Made by a program: the position numbers and the translations under genes. The notes under the pieces are model-generated. The model saw only the letters and a list, made by a program, of their open reading frames with translations. It did no database searches and was not told the origin of the DNA. From Octopus sinensis (taxonomy: Eukaryota), in NCBI RefSeq assembly GCF_006345805.1, contig NW_021834509.1, positions 7,023 to 71,022 on the forward strand: a DNA stretch of 64,000 nucleotides, written 5' to 3'. How positions within the stretch are numbered: position 1 is the stretch's first letter; each line of letters starts with the position of its first letter. Below are positions 1 through 13,109 of this stretch, piece after piece.

Positions 1-106
1 GATTGAATTGGTAACTAAACTTATGTAGATTACTTAATTATTATTCAATCACTTTTGTTTTGTTTTGGCAACCAAACTTATTCCAAGTTATAATTATATA
101 AATATA

Positions 107-977
107 CTAGCAGCTAAGCCCGGGTTCACCCGGTCAGTTTGGATGATGCGGCTGTAAAACCTGCTCTGTGTAAGCAGTCGAATTGTTTGGGCACGCTTAC
201 ATTAAGAAAACAATTTTAGAATGACTTTTTTCTGTCAAAACGCTAAAAATAACTAACCAACAACAACAACAAAGAAAACAACAACCAAAATTCAACCAAA
301 TCAAAATATAAGCCCAAATAGTAAGCAAACAAAGATGCAAGACATAAAGATGTCAAACAACAGAAACAAACAAAAAATAAAACAAAAATTAAAAGAAATA
401 AAAAATGGATAAACATCTTTAAAATTTTTAATGGTCTAAAAACAACAAAAAAATAATAACTGTAAAACATTAAATATCTCATACTCAATATTACACAAAA
501 TTTAAAAACCACAAGAAAAAACATCTGAAACTGAAAAACAAATAACTGAAACACTACAAAGAAAAACATAAAAAAAAATTCCACTTCCACTGAGTGCGGG
601 GACACACACACACACATACGCATTCACATACTCCCTCCTTTTACTTACACTCACACATATATTCACACAGAGTTGAAACGCTGTTTGATTTATTTTTTCA
701 GCGTACTATTTTCATCATCTCACTACCAAGTATGACATCACCCCTTCCTTCCTTATTCATCTATCACCCCTTCCTTTCTCATTCATAAACACAGGAGTAT
801 TATTATAGTAGATTATCTCGGTAACTATGGGTGCTATGAAAAATAATACAAAGCCCAGAAACACCACCGGATCATTTTACACACATCTGTGTAATTTTTC
901 GCGCAATTCGACCCAGCCGTTTGACCGTGAATCCCAAGACAAGAACGAATCGCCCATATCAAAGTTATATGTATAGA
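107..977 (-). mobile_element. Non-autonomous Helitron
   Basis: The minus-strand 3' end CTAG (107-110) lies 9 nt from a GC hairpin (ccggg-ttca-cccgg, 120-133). The 5' TC is at 976-977. It sits between A and T with no TSD; the interior is A/C-rich. Confidence 0.7.
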
Positions 978-1189
978 TAAACATAAATGTAATATTAAAC
1001 ACATTCATAAGAAAAAATCTTACACAATTCTCTCCGCTCTTACATTACACTAGTATAAAATTGATAATGAAACACAAACCCATTATTCACAAATAAACAT
1101 CTAAATAAACCGTTAGACCAATTTAACTTCCTTAGAAACGCTATCTGGTTTGAAAAGCATGTAAAATTCTACTAACCAATCGAATTTAA

Positions 1190-1490
1190 CCGATCCAAAG
1201 GGATCTATATACTACTTTCACGTGTCGCTCGGATGCTGGGTGTGAAAGGCCCTGCATGAACACGCCATGATCACTTACCAAAAGGTTGCAGCTAAAATAA
1301 CAGGGCTCGTGGGGTCGGCTATCCTGTTCTTTTATCTTCATTTGTTTATTTGTCCTTATTTAATTTTCATTGTAATTTCATCCCATTGTAAATAACTCAT
1401 CCGATTTTATTGTAAAAAAGTTCCATGTTGACCCCAAACATTGTATTGTCCCCATCTGTGTTAATCCGTATGGATAATAAAGAAATATGC
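1190..1490 (+). mobile_element. L1/Tx1-like LINE 3' end relic
   Basis: Residual coding (HVARMLGV) is followed by a T-rich 3' UTR ending ttgtattgtccccatctgtg...aataaaga, similar to the tails at 33.1 kb and 38.1 kb. Confidence 0.4.
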
Positions 1491-1825
1491 TTTCTTCTTA
1501 GGGGTGAGGAATGATAAATAGTGTAAAAATATTTACGTGTGTGTATATTTGTATGCGTCTCACACATACACATATAAACAGCCAACACCACACAAACACA
1601 ACACACACAAACGCATATACACACGCACAGACTTGTGCGCACGCACATACCCACACATACACACTCATACCTCCTTCTCTTAACTCTCCTATCTTAGAAA
1701 AATCTTTCTCTTCACCCATTCTCTTCCGGTCATTTCAAAATGTAACCACATGTGAATCGTTGGCGAGTTTTTTTTCCTCCGTCTTACTTTTCTCTTGGAC
1801 TTTCCCCACCGTTTTCGCAATGATA

Positions 1826-2040
1826 TTGGTTTCAAATTTTGGAATGCGGCTAGAAATTTAGGGAATGGAGGTACGTCGATTACATCGACCCCTATCGCCC
1901 AGTGTTCCACTGGTCCTTGTTTTATCGACCTCGAATGGTATGAAAAGAAAAATCGGTCTCTGCAGAATTTGAACTCAGAACCTAAAGATAAACGATATGG
2001 CACTAAGGATTTTGTCCAGCGTGTTAACGATTCTGCCAAC
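1826..2040 (-). mobile_element. SINE family S1 (tRNA-derived, Meta-domain-like core)
   Basis: Reverse complement matches the S1 consensus ggcggcgagctggcagaatcgttagca...gagttcaaattc...ttcatcctttcggggtcgataaaataagtaccag. Confidence 0.75.
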
Positions 2041-2439
2041 GATTCTGTTTTACGACAATGTTAACAACAACAACAACAACAGCAACAAAATCATCGACAA
2101 CAATAACAACAACAACAACAATAACAAGATAAAGAAAATCAACAGTAACAGTCACATCAACAATAGAAGCCAGGAGTAATGGCACCAGGAAAAGAAAAAA
2201 AAACAACAACAAAACTAATAAAAACGATAGCAAATAAAAGAAAAAGAACATAAGCAGTATCAACAACAACAACAACAACAGTAACAACAACAACAATAAC
2301 AATAACATTTACAAAAGAAATAACAACAATATATTCAGATACACGTTGCCATCTTGTTTTTACTGCCAAAATAATTAATTGTAAACGAAAGGTACCTATT
2401 TGGTAGATGAAAATTTGTGGGAATTCTTCCATCTTGTTA

Positions 2440-2836
2440 ACAGACTGGTAAAGTATTATAAACAATTAACATAGGTGGCAGTAGCAGTAACTGTAGAGGT
2501 AGCAGCAGCAGCAGCGGCACCATTACCTTCACCACCACCACCACCACCACCATCACCACTTTCACCACCACAACCACAACCACCACCTTCACCAATACCA
2601 CCATCACCTTCACCACCGCCACCTCCACCGCCACCACCATTACCAGCACTAGCATCACTGCCATGGCCAGCACCAGCGTTACTAAAACCACTAACAGCAG
2701 CACCACCACCACTACGAACACAACCACCACAAATCACAACCACTACCACACAACCACCCATCACAACCACCACCACCACCACCACAAATATTGGCATTGA
2801 AAGAGATAGTACATAGTAGTAGTACTTGATAGTACA

Positions 2837-2876
<40 letters not shown>

Positions 2877-2877
2877 A

Positions 2878-2925
<48 letters not shown>

Positions 2926-2935
2926 CGGTAATAGT
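2440..2935. repeat. Compound (GCA)/(CCA)/(TAG)n trinucleotide repeat
   Basis: Directly visible triplet runs. Confidence 0.9.
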
Positions 2936-3598
2936 TGTAACATTACAACACATAATGACATTAATCATCCTGAAACGCTAAACGAACCTCAATGTCTGTG
3001 GTAATCAACTTTCTTCCCTTTTGAAGGACTTCTATTGATTTGAATAAATTTTCTCTGGGACTTTTGTAAAGTCAGTCTCTTTAATAAACTGCTTTCTATT
3101 AATTAGCAACTAACTCATTTCACCAGTTTTGATCTCTTAATTGAAAAAAGAGAACTTAATATTTAATTTTATATGACTGAATAACTATTCATTTTACACA
3201 GGAGCTTTTAGAATTTTAAACACGTCTTAATGACTCCACAGTAGCAATTTTGTTGACAATCCAGGGTTCCGCAGACCCTTTTTTGGCAATCACCAATCAA
3301 TGTATGATTTTTGTATGTTAGAAATTGAAGCCAACTTTCCTTTAAATCTTCGCTGGAAATGGACGCATTGACTAACGTTCTGATGTGACGTTTTGAATAA
3401 CGTTCTAATAGTCCTAAATATATAGATAGAAAAAAGGGTCAAAGGTCCTTTCCCAGCACTAGGATCATAAAGCAGGTTTCCTGGATTCTGAGGCGTATGT
3501 GAATAAAGCTGTATTGCCAGAGATCCTAGAAGACACACACACACACAGAGGAGACAACGGATTTTATGTAATATATATATATATATATATATATATAG

Positions 3599-3664
<66 letters not shown>

Positions 3665-3705
3665 GGTCGATAAAATAAGTACAAGTTAAGCTCTGCTACA
3701 CACTC

Positions 3706-3922
3706 GGCGGGGGGCAGCAGAATCGTTAGCATCCTGGGTAAAGTGCGAGGCGACATTTCGTCCGTCTTTACGTTTTGAGTTCAAATGTCGTCTAGGTCGA
3801 TTTTACTTTCCATCCTTTGGAGTCGATAAAATAAGAACCAAATGACACACACTGGAGTCGATGTAATCGACTTACTCCTCCTCCGATGTTGCTGACCTCG
3901 TTTCAAAATTTGAATTCAGTAT
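3706..3922 (+). mobile_element. SINE family S1
   Basis: Diverged match to the S1 head, B-box-like gagttcaaat, core and tail. Confidence 0.75.
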
Positions 3923-4065
3923 TGATGTCGATGTCTCAGCTACAACTTTCATTGCCCTGTCTATTTCTGGAACCCCACCACCAAAAGCATGACAGACAAA
4001 AATCAGACGAAAAACATCAACTCAACAAAAACAAAACAAAAAACAATAAAACAAAAGCTAAAACC

Positions 4066-4500
4066 ATAATTCTAATTTTGGCACAAGGCCAGCAATTTTT
4101 GAGGAGAGTGGCAAGTTGATTATAGAGACACCGTACTCAACTGGTGATTTTTTTTATCGACCCCGAAAGAATGAAAGGCTAATTTGAGCTCGGCAGAATT
4201 TGAGCTCAGAACCCAAAGCCGGGAGAAATGTCACTTAGTATTTTGACTGGGTGCTAACGATTCGGCCAGCTTGTCGCCTAGAAACACTGCAACGATAGTA
4301 ACAATACTTTCAAATTTTGACACAAGGCCAGCAATTTTTATATTTTCATCGACCCCAATACTTTACTTATTTTATGGATCTCGAAAGATGGAAGGCAGAG
4401 TTGAATTCGGAGGAATTTGAGCCCAGGACATAAAGACGGACGAAATGCCGCTATACATTTTTTCCAGCTTTGTTAATGGTTCAGCCAGTTCACCGTCTTA
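4066..4500 (-). mobile_element. Two tandem S1 SINE copies (about 4066-4280 and 4308-4500)
   Basis: Both carry ttttggcacaaggccagcaatttt tails and atcgaccccg...gaatttgagc cores. Confidence 0.7.
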
Positions 4501-4600
4501 ACATTAGTAATAATAAAAAGAAAGGCTAGTAGCACCAGCAGCAGCAACAACAACTACACTAACAACAATAACAACAGCCGCAGCAACAGCAGCAACATTA

Positions 4601-5078
4601 GGAGGCGCAATGGCCCAATGGATAGGGCAGCGGTCTCGCGGTCGTAAGAACGCGGTTTCGATTCCCGCTCCGGGCACTGTAAGTGTGTATTGAGTAAAAA
4701 CACCTAACCTCCACGACGCTTCGGCAGCGGATGGGTGAACCCCGCGCTGTACCCTTTCACCAGAACTTTCTCTCACTCTTCCTTCCTACTTCTGCCACAA
4801 AGCAGAGGAACCATGGTGTAACCCACTATGGTGTGGCAAACTTTCAGACCCTAGTCTAGATTGCGAATCCTCAGTACCCCAGGATGGTTCAGCTCTCCAC
4901 CCGTGAAAAGACACTGTTTACGGAATGAGGATAACAACGTAGCTTTCGCGCCCGTGCAACCGCCAGTCTATCGCGTGTGGTGGGTGGATCTTCAAGTTGC
5001 CGCACGCATTCTTAGTAGCTTAGAGTAGGCTCGAATTAGAGATTATTCTTTGTGGCTAATGGCGTTTAGTCCTGACTG

Positions 5079-5090
<12 letters not shown>
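4601..5090 (+). mobile_element. SINE family S3 (tRNA-Arg-like head), tail variant B ending in (GAA)n
   Basis: Head ggaggcgcaatggccc...gcggtttcgattccc; the tail is shared with 43255-43712. Confidence 0.8.
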
Positions 5091-5110
<20 letters not shown>

Positions 5111-5654
5111 AGACAACAGCTACACAAATAATAAAAACAACTGCAGCAGCAGCAACAACAACAATAGCCACAGTAACAACAATAGCAACAACAATAACAA
5201 CAACAACATCAACAACAACGTGATAGTAATTATATGAAACGTTGGTTGTATGTAGGAATAGCAACAGAAATATTCGTGCAAGCAACAATAGCAGTATTAG
5301 CAACAGTGATAGCAGTAATATACACAGCAGCGTGACTAACAACAGTAGCGACAGGTGTACAACGACAGGGGCTGTATTTACGTTGTCACGTGTGCAACTA
5401 GAAATAGCAGCCAAATTTCCCGCAAACCACATCTTACTATGTTAAAATGAAGGATACATGAGTTAATATAGAGTGGCGTATATTATTGACGAGAAAAAAT
5501 AAAATAAATGCAGCGAGTTTACAGAATCGTTAGAGCATCGGAGAGAATGCGTTGCAATATTTACTTCAACGTTTTACCTTCTGAATTCAAATCCCGCCAG
5601 AATCAACTTAGCTTTTCACCTTTCCGGAGCCGATGAAATAACTATCAGGCATTA

Positions 5655-6060
5655 AGACCTATAGTGAGCTGTAGAGGTTCAGCATGTTATCCACTGAGTC
5701 GCATCCTTGTGGATATAATCAGTCCATTTGCAGGAAAGTCAACATCGTACGTGAAGAATTCCACACACTTCACAGAATTGATCAATGATACCCCCATTGA
5801 ATCCAACCAGATGGTGAGTCTAAATGTGATAAGTCTGTTCACCAAAGTCCCAACTGGTGAAGCACTATCGGTGATTCAAGAAAAACTAGTGACAGACACC
5901 CATCTAAAAGAACGCACTAGTATACCAATAAGAAACTTGATGGAAATGTTGACCTTCTGTTTAGAAACTACCTACTTTAGTATGGACACTGATGTATATA
6001 TCGACATGAAGATGGTTTAGCAATGGGTTCGCCATTATCACCGATAATAGCCAATATGTT
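5655..6060 (+). mobile_element. Penelope-like retroelement RT fragment
   Basis: ORF 5664-6020 contains SYVKNSTHF, MVSLNVISLFTKVP and LTFCLETTYF, then frameshifts into GLAMGSPLSPIIAN. Confidence 0.85.
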
Positions 6061-6225
6061 TCAATAGTGACAGATAAACTATCAGGTACGTACGGGGGTC
6101 GATTATATGGACCTTCCCGCTCCCCTCAACATTGCTGGTTTAGTCCCAAAATTAGAAAGAATAATGGTTACAGAAAAAAATCAAACAGAAAGCAAAAACA
6201 AACAAAAAAAAACAAAAAGCATATA

Positions 6226-6765
<540 letters not shown>

Positions 6766-6903
6766 TTGAAATAAATACAAAGCGCGATATTTTTAAGTGT
6801 CGACAATTTTTTTAAAGCTTAAACATATATATCTATGTGAATATATTGATCGTGTAAATATGCACATATACGCACGTGCTCTCTCTTTCTTTCTTTCTTT
6901 CTT

Positions 6904-6941
<38 letters not shown>

Positions 6942-7054
6942 ACAAGTTTTCAGTTTATCTCTACAGATTTTCTACAAAATTTAGAGCCACCATTGAAAGT
7001 TGCGACGTTTCGTATACCAACATGTCCTTGTAAACAATGTTTGTTCCTTCTCGA

Positions 7055-7355
7055 GCCATGCCTGGCTCATAAGGGCCGGTTTCCCCGGTTTCCTTGGCGT
7101 ATAGGTTCCCCCCCGCCCCTGGACGGGACGACGGGACACCGGTCTGTCGCTGGTGAGCTGCTAGATGCTGGAGGAAAGAGTGAGAGAAAGTTGTGGCGAA
7201 AGAGTCAGCAGAAGTTCGCCATTACCTTCTGCCGAAGCCACGTGGAGCTTAGGTGTTTCGCTCGTAAACACAAACATCGCCCGGTCTGAGATTCGAACCC
7301 GCGATCCCTCGATCGCGAGTCCGCTGCTCTAACCACTAGGCCATGTGTCTCCAAC
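7055..7355 (-). mobile_element. SINE family S3, tail variant C
   Basis: S3 head and body are joined to a GC-rich tail (gaaaccggggaaaccggccc) not seen in other copies here. Confidence 0.7.
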
Positions 7356-7756
7356 AATACGATCAATGACAGAAAAATACGAAATGGATGTATATACATA
7401 TTTCAAGAGTTATTGCTCTTTCAACAGTACTACACCCAATCCATCAACAATCCACAATTTATTGCTACAATGCTCGCCGCTTAAGATCTAGCGGCGTAAC
7501 ACAATTGGATATGCCATTTTACATATCAAACACATTCTTGACAACTGGTACGTACGTATTAATTGCTGGTAGGGACACACACCGTATTTCAGTTTTATTA
7601 TCATTATTATACTCCGCCAGTTACACGTTAACGTAATGAATCGGAGGCTCAGTCGATCGAACATCTGAATGCTCATCGTCGAAGCCATCGGAGGATCCAT
7701 CGCGCGTGCACACAAACATACACACAAGCGATTATGCGCGCACGCACACACGCATG

Positions 7757-7833
<77 letters not shown>

Positions 7834-7940
7834 GTATGTCTGTCCTTAGATACATATGCTGCCTGTACAAAATACAAATGTATATATGTATATATATATA
7901 TGTATATATGATTAAATAAATGTATGTCTGTATGTATGCG

Positions 7941-7974
<34 letters not shown>

Positions 7975-8096
7975 CATGTATGTATGTACATATATATATG
8001 TATGTATGTCCTTACATACATCTGCTGCCTGTGCAAAATATAAATGTATATATGTATATATGATTAAATAAATGTAAGTCTGCAAGTCTGCATATA

Positions 8097-8153
<57 letters not shown>

Positions 8154-8349
8154 GCGTATATACATATATATCTATATATTTTGTGTGTGCAAGTACATAA
8201 GTAATGCATATATGTAACACGCAAAATACGAATAAATAACTAAACAGACACACACACACACACACACACACACACCACACACATATATATATATATATAT
8301 ACTCACTCGCACACATAGTTGCATTAAGTCTGGTGCATCATACAATTAG

Positions 8350-9250
8350 TCAGAGTTTGAAACTGTCGGTACTTATATGTTTAATACAAAGTTCTCTATA
8401 TTGTGGACGACTTGAAAACATTTCGTTCGTAAACAATAGAGCTAATTATGTATGCTTGCAGGTATATATTTAAATATACTGGGAAAGAGCATGATCTACA
8501 ATAGTAGATATTAATCAAGACATCTAGTAAACTCTTCCGACATTGCTCTCAATGCTGCGCTTCCATAGTTTTCTTCAGGGGAGATTGAGTAACGATGATT
8601 TTAGAGCCTGCTGTGTCTCTATATATGGATACCAATCGGATCAACGCAAGAGTCTCTGGGTAAAGTGAAAACAAGATCCATTTTTATCAAAAACATACGC
8701 TTAATCGACAAATATATATAAACAAAACGTGTCCTTTTGGTGACTAACATTTTTAAAGTGCATAACTTGCGGGAAATAGAGGCAAAGCAATGGTAAGGTT
8801 TTGAGTGCATACCTACTCTCGTTTTTGAGAAGGTATGCATTTAAATAATAGTCGATAAAATGTTTACCGTTCGTATACTTTACCGAGCATTAACATTTAT
8901 ATATCGACTGGTTAACATTGAGGGAAAATTAGAATATGTATCAATTCCATCCAAAGAAGTTTGAACACTCTAAAATTTTAACCACTAAAAATTACGTGTA
9001 CGAGAGAATTTTGTAAGTACATTTTCCGTTTCTATATTTTTAGATTAAGCAAGCATTTTGTTCTTTCGGTTTATGGTAAAACGACTGTTAGTTTCGGTTC
9101 ATCCTAAATGTGTTTTTGCAAACCCGGCTGCTATTTATATACAGAGATAGCGTACATGAAAATACAATTACTCTTATTCTCCTGATGAGCTATGAAAGCG
9201 AGCGAAACCTTGCACAAGCTGCACAAACATTTTATTAGATATTTAGTTTA
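8350..9250 (+). mobile_element. Highly decayed retroelement 3' region, possibly Penelope-like
   Basis: AT-rich ex-coding appearance ending in an HHR-like CTGATGA...GAAAC motif at 9182-9208. Confidence 0.25.
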
Positions 9251-9545
9251 ACGACATGTAATATAATGCCGTTTTTTAATATATTTAAATGTATACCTAC
9301 ATGCATATAAATATATACACATAAATGTATGTATATGCAGAGTTAAATTCTCCGTGGGGCCTTCTATCAATTTTTTTCTCCATCTATAGGGGTATTTTTA
9401 CCCGATTCTTTGAAGCTGTTTTCAGAGATATTCTCCTGCGTTCAAATTTTCTTAAATTTTAAAAACATGTTACTCACTCGACGCTTCAATGTTTTTTTTT
9501 TATAAAAATGTCTTCGCATTTCATAAAGTTATTAATTTAGCGTTG

Positions 9546-9934
9546 TGGAGGCGCAATGGCTCAGTGGTTAGGGCAGCGGACTCGCGGTCATAGGATCGCG
9601 GATTCGATTCCCAGACTGGGCATTGTGAGTGTTTATTGAGCGAAAACACCTAAAGCTCCACGAGGCTCCGGCAGGGGATGGTGGTGATCTCTGCTGTACT
9701 CTTTCACCACAACTTTCTCTCACTCTTACTTCCTGTTTCTGTTGTACCTGTATTTCAAAGGGCCGGCCTTGTCACTCTCTATGTCACGCTGAATATCCCC
9801 GAGAACTACGTTAAGGGTACACGTGTCTGTGGAGTGCTCAGCCACTTACACGTTAATTTCACGAGCAGGCTGTTCCGTTGATTCGGATCAACCGGAACCC
9901 TCATCGTCGTAACCGACAGAGTGCTTCCATCCAA
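9546..9934 (+). mobile_element. SINE family S3, tail variant A
   Basis: Full head and body; 3' end gtaaccgacagagtgcttccatcc. Confidence 0.9.
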
Positions 9935-10130
9935 TTTAGCGTTACAAAATACGGCATCAGTTGTCACAGGGGTCATTTAGCTCAACGGTATTGGGCACTC
10001 AGCCATAATTTAAGAGGTACAGAGTTTGATACTCTAGAGCTGCTGCTAGCTACCCCTTTCTGTCTATAGAGACATTTTTACCCGATTTTCTAAAGCTACT
10101 TTCACAGCTGTTCTGCGTTCGAGATTTTCT

Positions 10131-10175
<45 letters not shown>

Positions 10176-10295
10176 ATAGAGGCATTATTACACATAAATG
10201 CCTCACACTAGGAGGGACAAAGTCATTACTACCAAAATTATCATCAAAATACCCAAATGCAGTTTTTCAAAGCAAGACATTTAAAAAATGAATTT

Positions 10296-10354
10296 AGTTC
10301 TGTATCACCGTGATTTCACATTCAACTTTACGTCTAATGATCGTCAGCAGAACT
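10296..10354 (-). ncRNA. Type I hammerhead ribozyme motif (copy A)
   Basis: Minus strand reads AGTTCTG CTGACGA T CATT AGACGTAAAGTTG AATG T GAAA TCA CGG TGA TA CAGAACT. Stems I, II and III all pair; predicted cleavage is after AUA. Confidence 0.75.
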
Positions 10355-10724
10355 GATTCTGAATACATCATAAATAAACTACCAACCTTACGTAGCGAAG
10401 ACAAACAGACAACTGCTCTCTCCTCCGGCCAAGCACATGGAATGTTTATAAATCATATATCCGGTAAATGGCGGGCTTTTTTACGAACTGCATGTCGGGT
10501 AATGAAAAGTATTCGGAATAAGTTTACAATTAAGGATAATCTCTAATAAGGGATCTTAACAAGAAATTTCGGGTAGCTAGCGTGAAAACCTCATAAAAGA
10601 AAAGAATTCGAAAATAATTTTTTTCTTTTGAACAAATTAATTATATCTATATTGTATAGAGGGCATTATACACATAATGCCTCACACTAGGAGGGACAAA
10701 GTCATTACTAACCAAAATGACTTA

Positions 10725-10779
10725 CTGCTGACGATCATTAGACGTAAAGTTGAATGTGAAATCACGTTGATACAGAACT
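10725..10779 (+). ncRNA. Type I hammerhead ribozyme motif (copy B, stem I cut to 3 bp by the inversion junction)
   Basis: CTG CTGACGA TCATT...AATGT GAAA TCACGTTGA TA CAGAACT; predicted cleavage after 10772. Confidence 0.6.
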
Positions 10780-11201
10780 AAATTCATTTTTTTAAATGTC
10801 TTGCTTTGAAAAACTGCATTTGGTATGATTAGTATAATTTTGGTAGTAATGACTTTGTCCCTCCTAGTGTGAGGCATTTATGTGTAATAATGCCCTCTAT
10901 ACAATATAGATATAATTAATTTGTTCAAAAGAAAAAAATTATTTTCGAATTCTTTTCTTTTATGAGGTTTTCACGCTAGCTACCCGATAATTTCTTGTTA
11001 AGATCCCTTATTAAGAGATTATCCTTAATTGTTAAACTTATTCCGAATACTTTTCATTACCCGACACTGCAGTTCGTAAAAAAGCCCGCCATTTACCGGA
11101 TATATGATTTATAAACATTCCATGTGCTTGGCCGGAGTGAGCAGTTGTCTGTTTTTCTTCGCTACGTAAGGTTGGTAGTTTATTATGATGTATTCAGAAT
11201 C

Positions 11202-11259
11202 AGTTCTGCTGACGATCATTAGACGTAAAGTTGAATTGAAATCACGGTGATACAGAACT
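11202..11259 (+). ncRNA. Type I hammerhead ribozyme motif (copy C, 1-nt deletion in stem II)
   Basis: AGTTCTG CTGACGA TCATT...AATT GAAA TCACGGTGA TA CAGAACT; predicted cleavage after 11252. Confidence 0.65.
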
Positions 11260-11918
11260 AAATTCATTTTTTTAAATGTCTTGCTTTGAAAAACTGCATT
11301 TGGGTATGATTAGTATAATTTTGGTAGTAATGACTTTGTCCCTCCTAGTGTGAGGCATTTATGTGTAATAATGCCCTCTATACAATATAGATATAATTAA
11401 TTTGTTCAAAAGAAAAAAATTATTTTCGAATTCTTTTCTTTTATGAGGTTTTCACGCTAGCTACCCGATAATTTCTTGTTAAGATCCCTTATTAAGAGAT
11501 ATCTTAATTGTTAAACTTATTAATATATATATAATATATATATTATATATAATATATATATATCTATGTAGATATATGTACACCATACATGCAAGTAAGG
11601 AATGAATATCCTGGAAGAAGATATGACCGATGCGCAAAGCATTTGCAGCCAATTCTAATATATGGTTATCTTTTTCCAAATGCCGGCGTACTAAGAAACC
11701 ATGAAAGGAGGTCTAGATTTCTAGTGATAACATACTCTTCTTAAAACTGTCGCACTTTAAGAATGGAGCCATTGTTGTAGACAGTCAGGCGATTCGTGCA
11801 GAAGATTTCAACATATACCTTGTGGATGTTGGAACCTCTCGAAGAAGATCCTGTCTAGAAATCGACGAACACACAGCAAGGGTATGTACGCATTAGCTTA
11901 ACTACTCCGTCATTAACG

Positions 11919-11919
<1 letters not shown>

Positions 11920-11959
<40 letters not shown>

Positions 11960-11977
11960 AATGACGATGACGATGAC

Positions 11978-12012
<35 letters not shown>

Positions 12013-12019
12013 CGATGAC

Positions 12020-12052
<33 letters not shown>

Positions 12053-12062
12053 AATAATAATA

Positions 12063-12102
<40 letters not shown>

Positions 12103-12105
12103 TAA
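11920..12105. repeat. (GAT)n/(AAT)n microsatellite
   Basis: Directly visible. Confidence 0.95.
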
Positions 12106-12967
12106 TCCTAGGATGGAATTTATTAACATTTAATGCATCGCTATGCGCGTTGCCACAAATAGCTGCATATTCAAAGCGTTACCATAAACAAATTATTATA
12201 TATATATATATATAAAGACACACACACACACATATATGGAAAAATATTATACATGTATATTATGAATATATGTGTATGTGTGTGTATGTGTTGTATACAC
12301 ATATATGTATGTGCGCATGTGAGTATACGATTCAAATTCTGTTGTTAAAGAGAGAAATTTGCGTCACTAGTGAAACGAAGATACACAAACACGTACACAC
12401 TCACACGTACACACTCACACGTACACACTCACACGTACACACTCACACACACATACAGACACACACACAAGTATGGGGATATACATAGTTATACAAATGC
12501 ACCCCCAGTAACACACGTAAGCATGTATCAAAGTCCACAGCGCATCATCCATTACAAATTTGACCTTGTCTTTACCTCTTGTTTCTAACGAGGGTCAGCA
12601 GAATTCAAACAGCGCTCCTATTTGAGCTCAGAATGTAAACGGACGTAACTTCGTATCTTAAGGTGATTTGTTCGGCAATCTGCTGTTTCTGCTGCTCCAC
12701 TGCTTTCTGTAAATTGAATATTGATTTAATACAGTCTGAAGAGAATTTGGTAGATGCTTACCTACATATATACGTATATACACAGATATATGGATACATA
12801 TATATATATATACATACATAATACTATACATGCATGCATATGTACACACATATGTACCCAGACGTAGACATACACATGTCATATATTCGTGTATGTTAGT
12901 ATCTCTCTGTCTCTGTCTGTCTGTCTGTCTGTCTCTCTCTGTCTCTCTCTCTGTCTCTCTCTCTCTG

Positions 12968-13003
<36 letters not shown>

Positions 13004-13064
13004 CATACATACACACACACACGCATACGCCCACATGCATATATATATATATATATATACATAC

Positions 13065-13109
<45 letters not shown>

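Larger units (their letters stand above)
10171..11520. repeat. 480-bp tandem repeat with internal orientation switch (fold-back array)
   Basis: attgtatagag recurs at 10171 and 10651. From 10725 the sequence is the reverse complement of the unit, with a period of 480-481 bp. TA-rich runs flank both sides. Confidence 0.95.

Noticed and set aside
2475-2816. Proline-rich ORF resembling a formin/WASP segment
   Set aside because: It is a pure (CCA)n expansion, open in several frames, with no splice context or flanking domain.
4601-4675. tRNA genes at SINE heads
   Set aside because: They have A/B boxes but no complete cloverleaf, and each continues into a SINE body.
10171-11520. CRISPR-like or satellite-only reading of the 480-bp repeat
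   Set aside because: There are no unique spacers and the context is eukaryotic; the HHR explains the unit better.
11580-11900. Possible LINE RT remnant (VFVDF on the minus strand)
   Set aside because: A single short motif surrounded by stops is too weak to call.
12388-12450. 14-bp minisatellite (acacgtacacactc)x4
   Set aside because: An ordinary derivative of a (CA)n tract.
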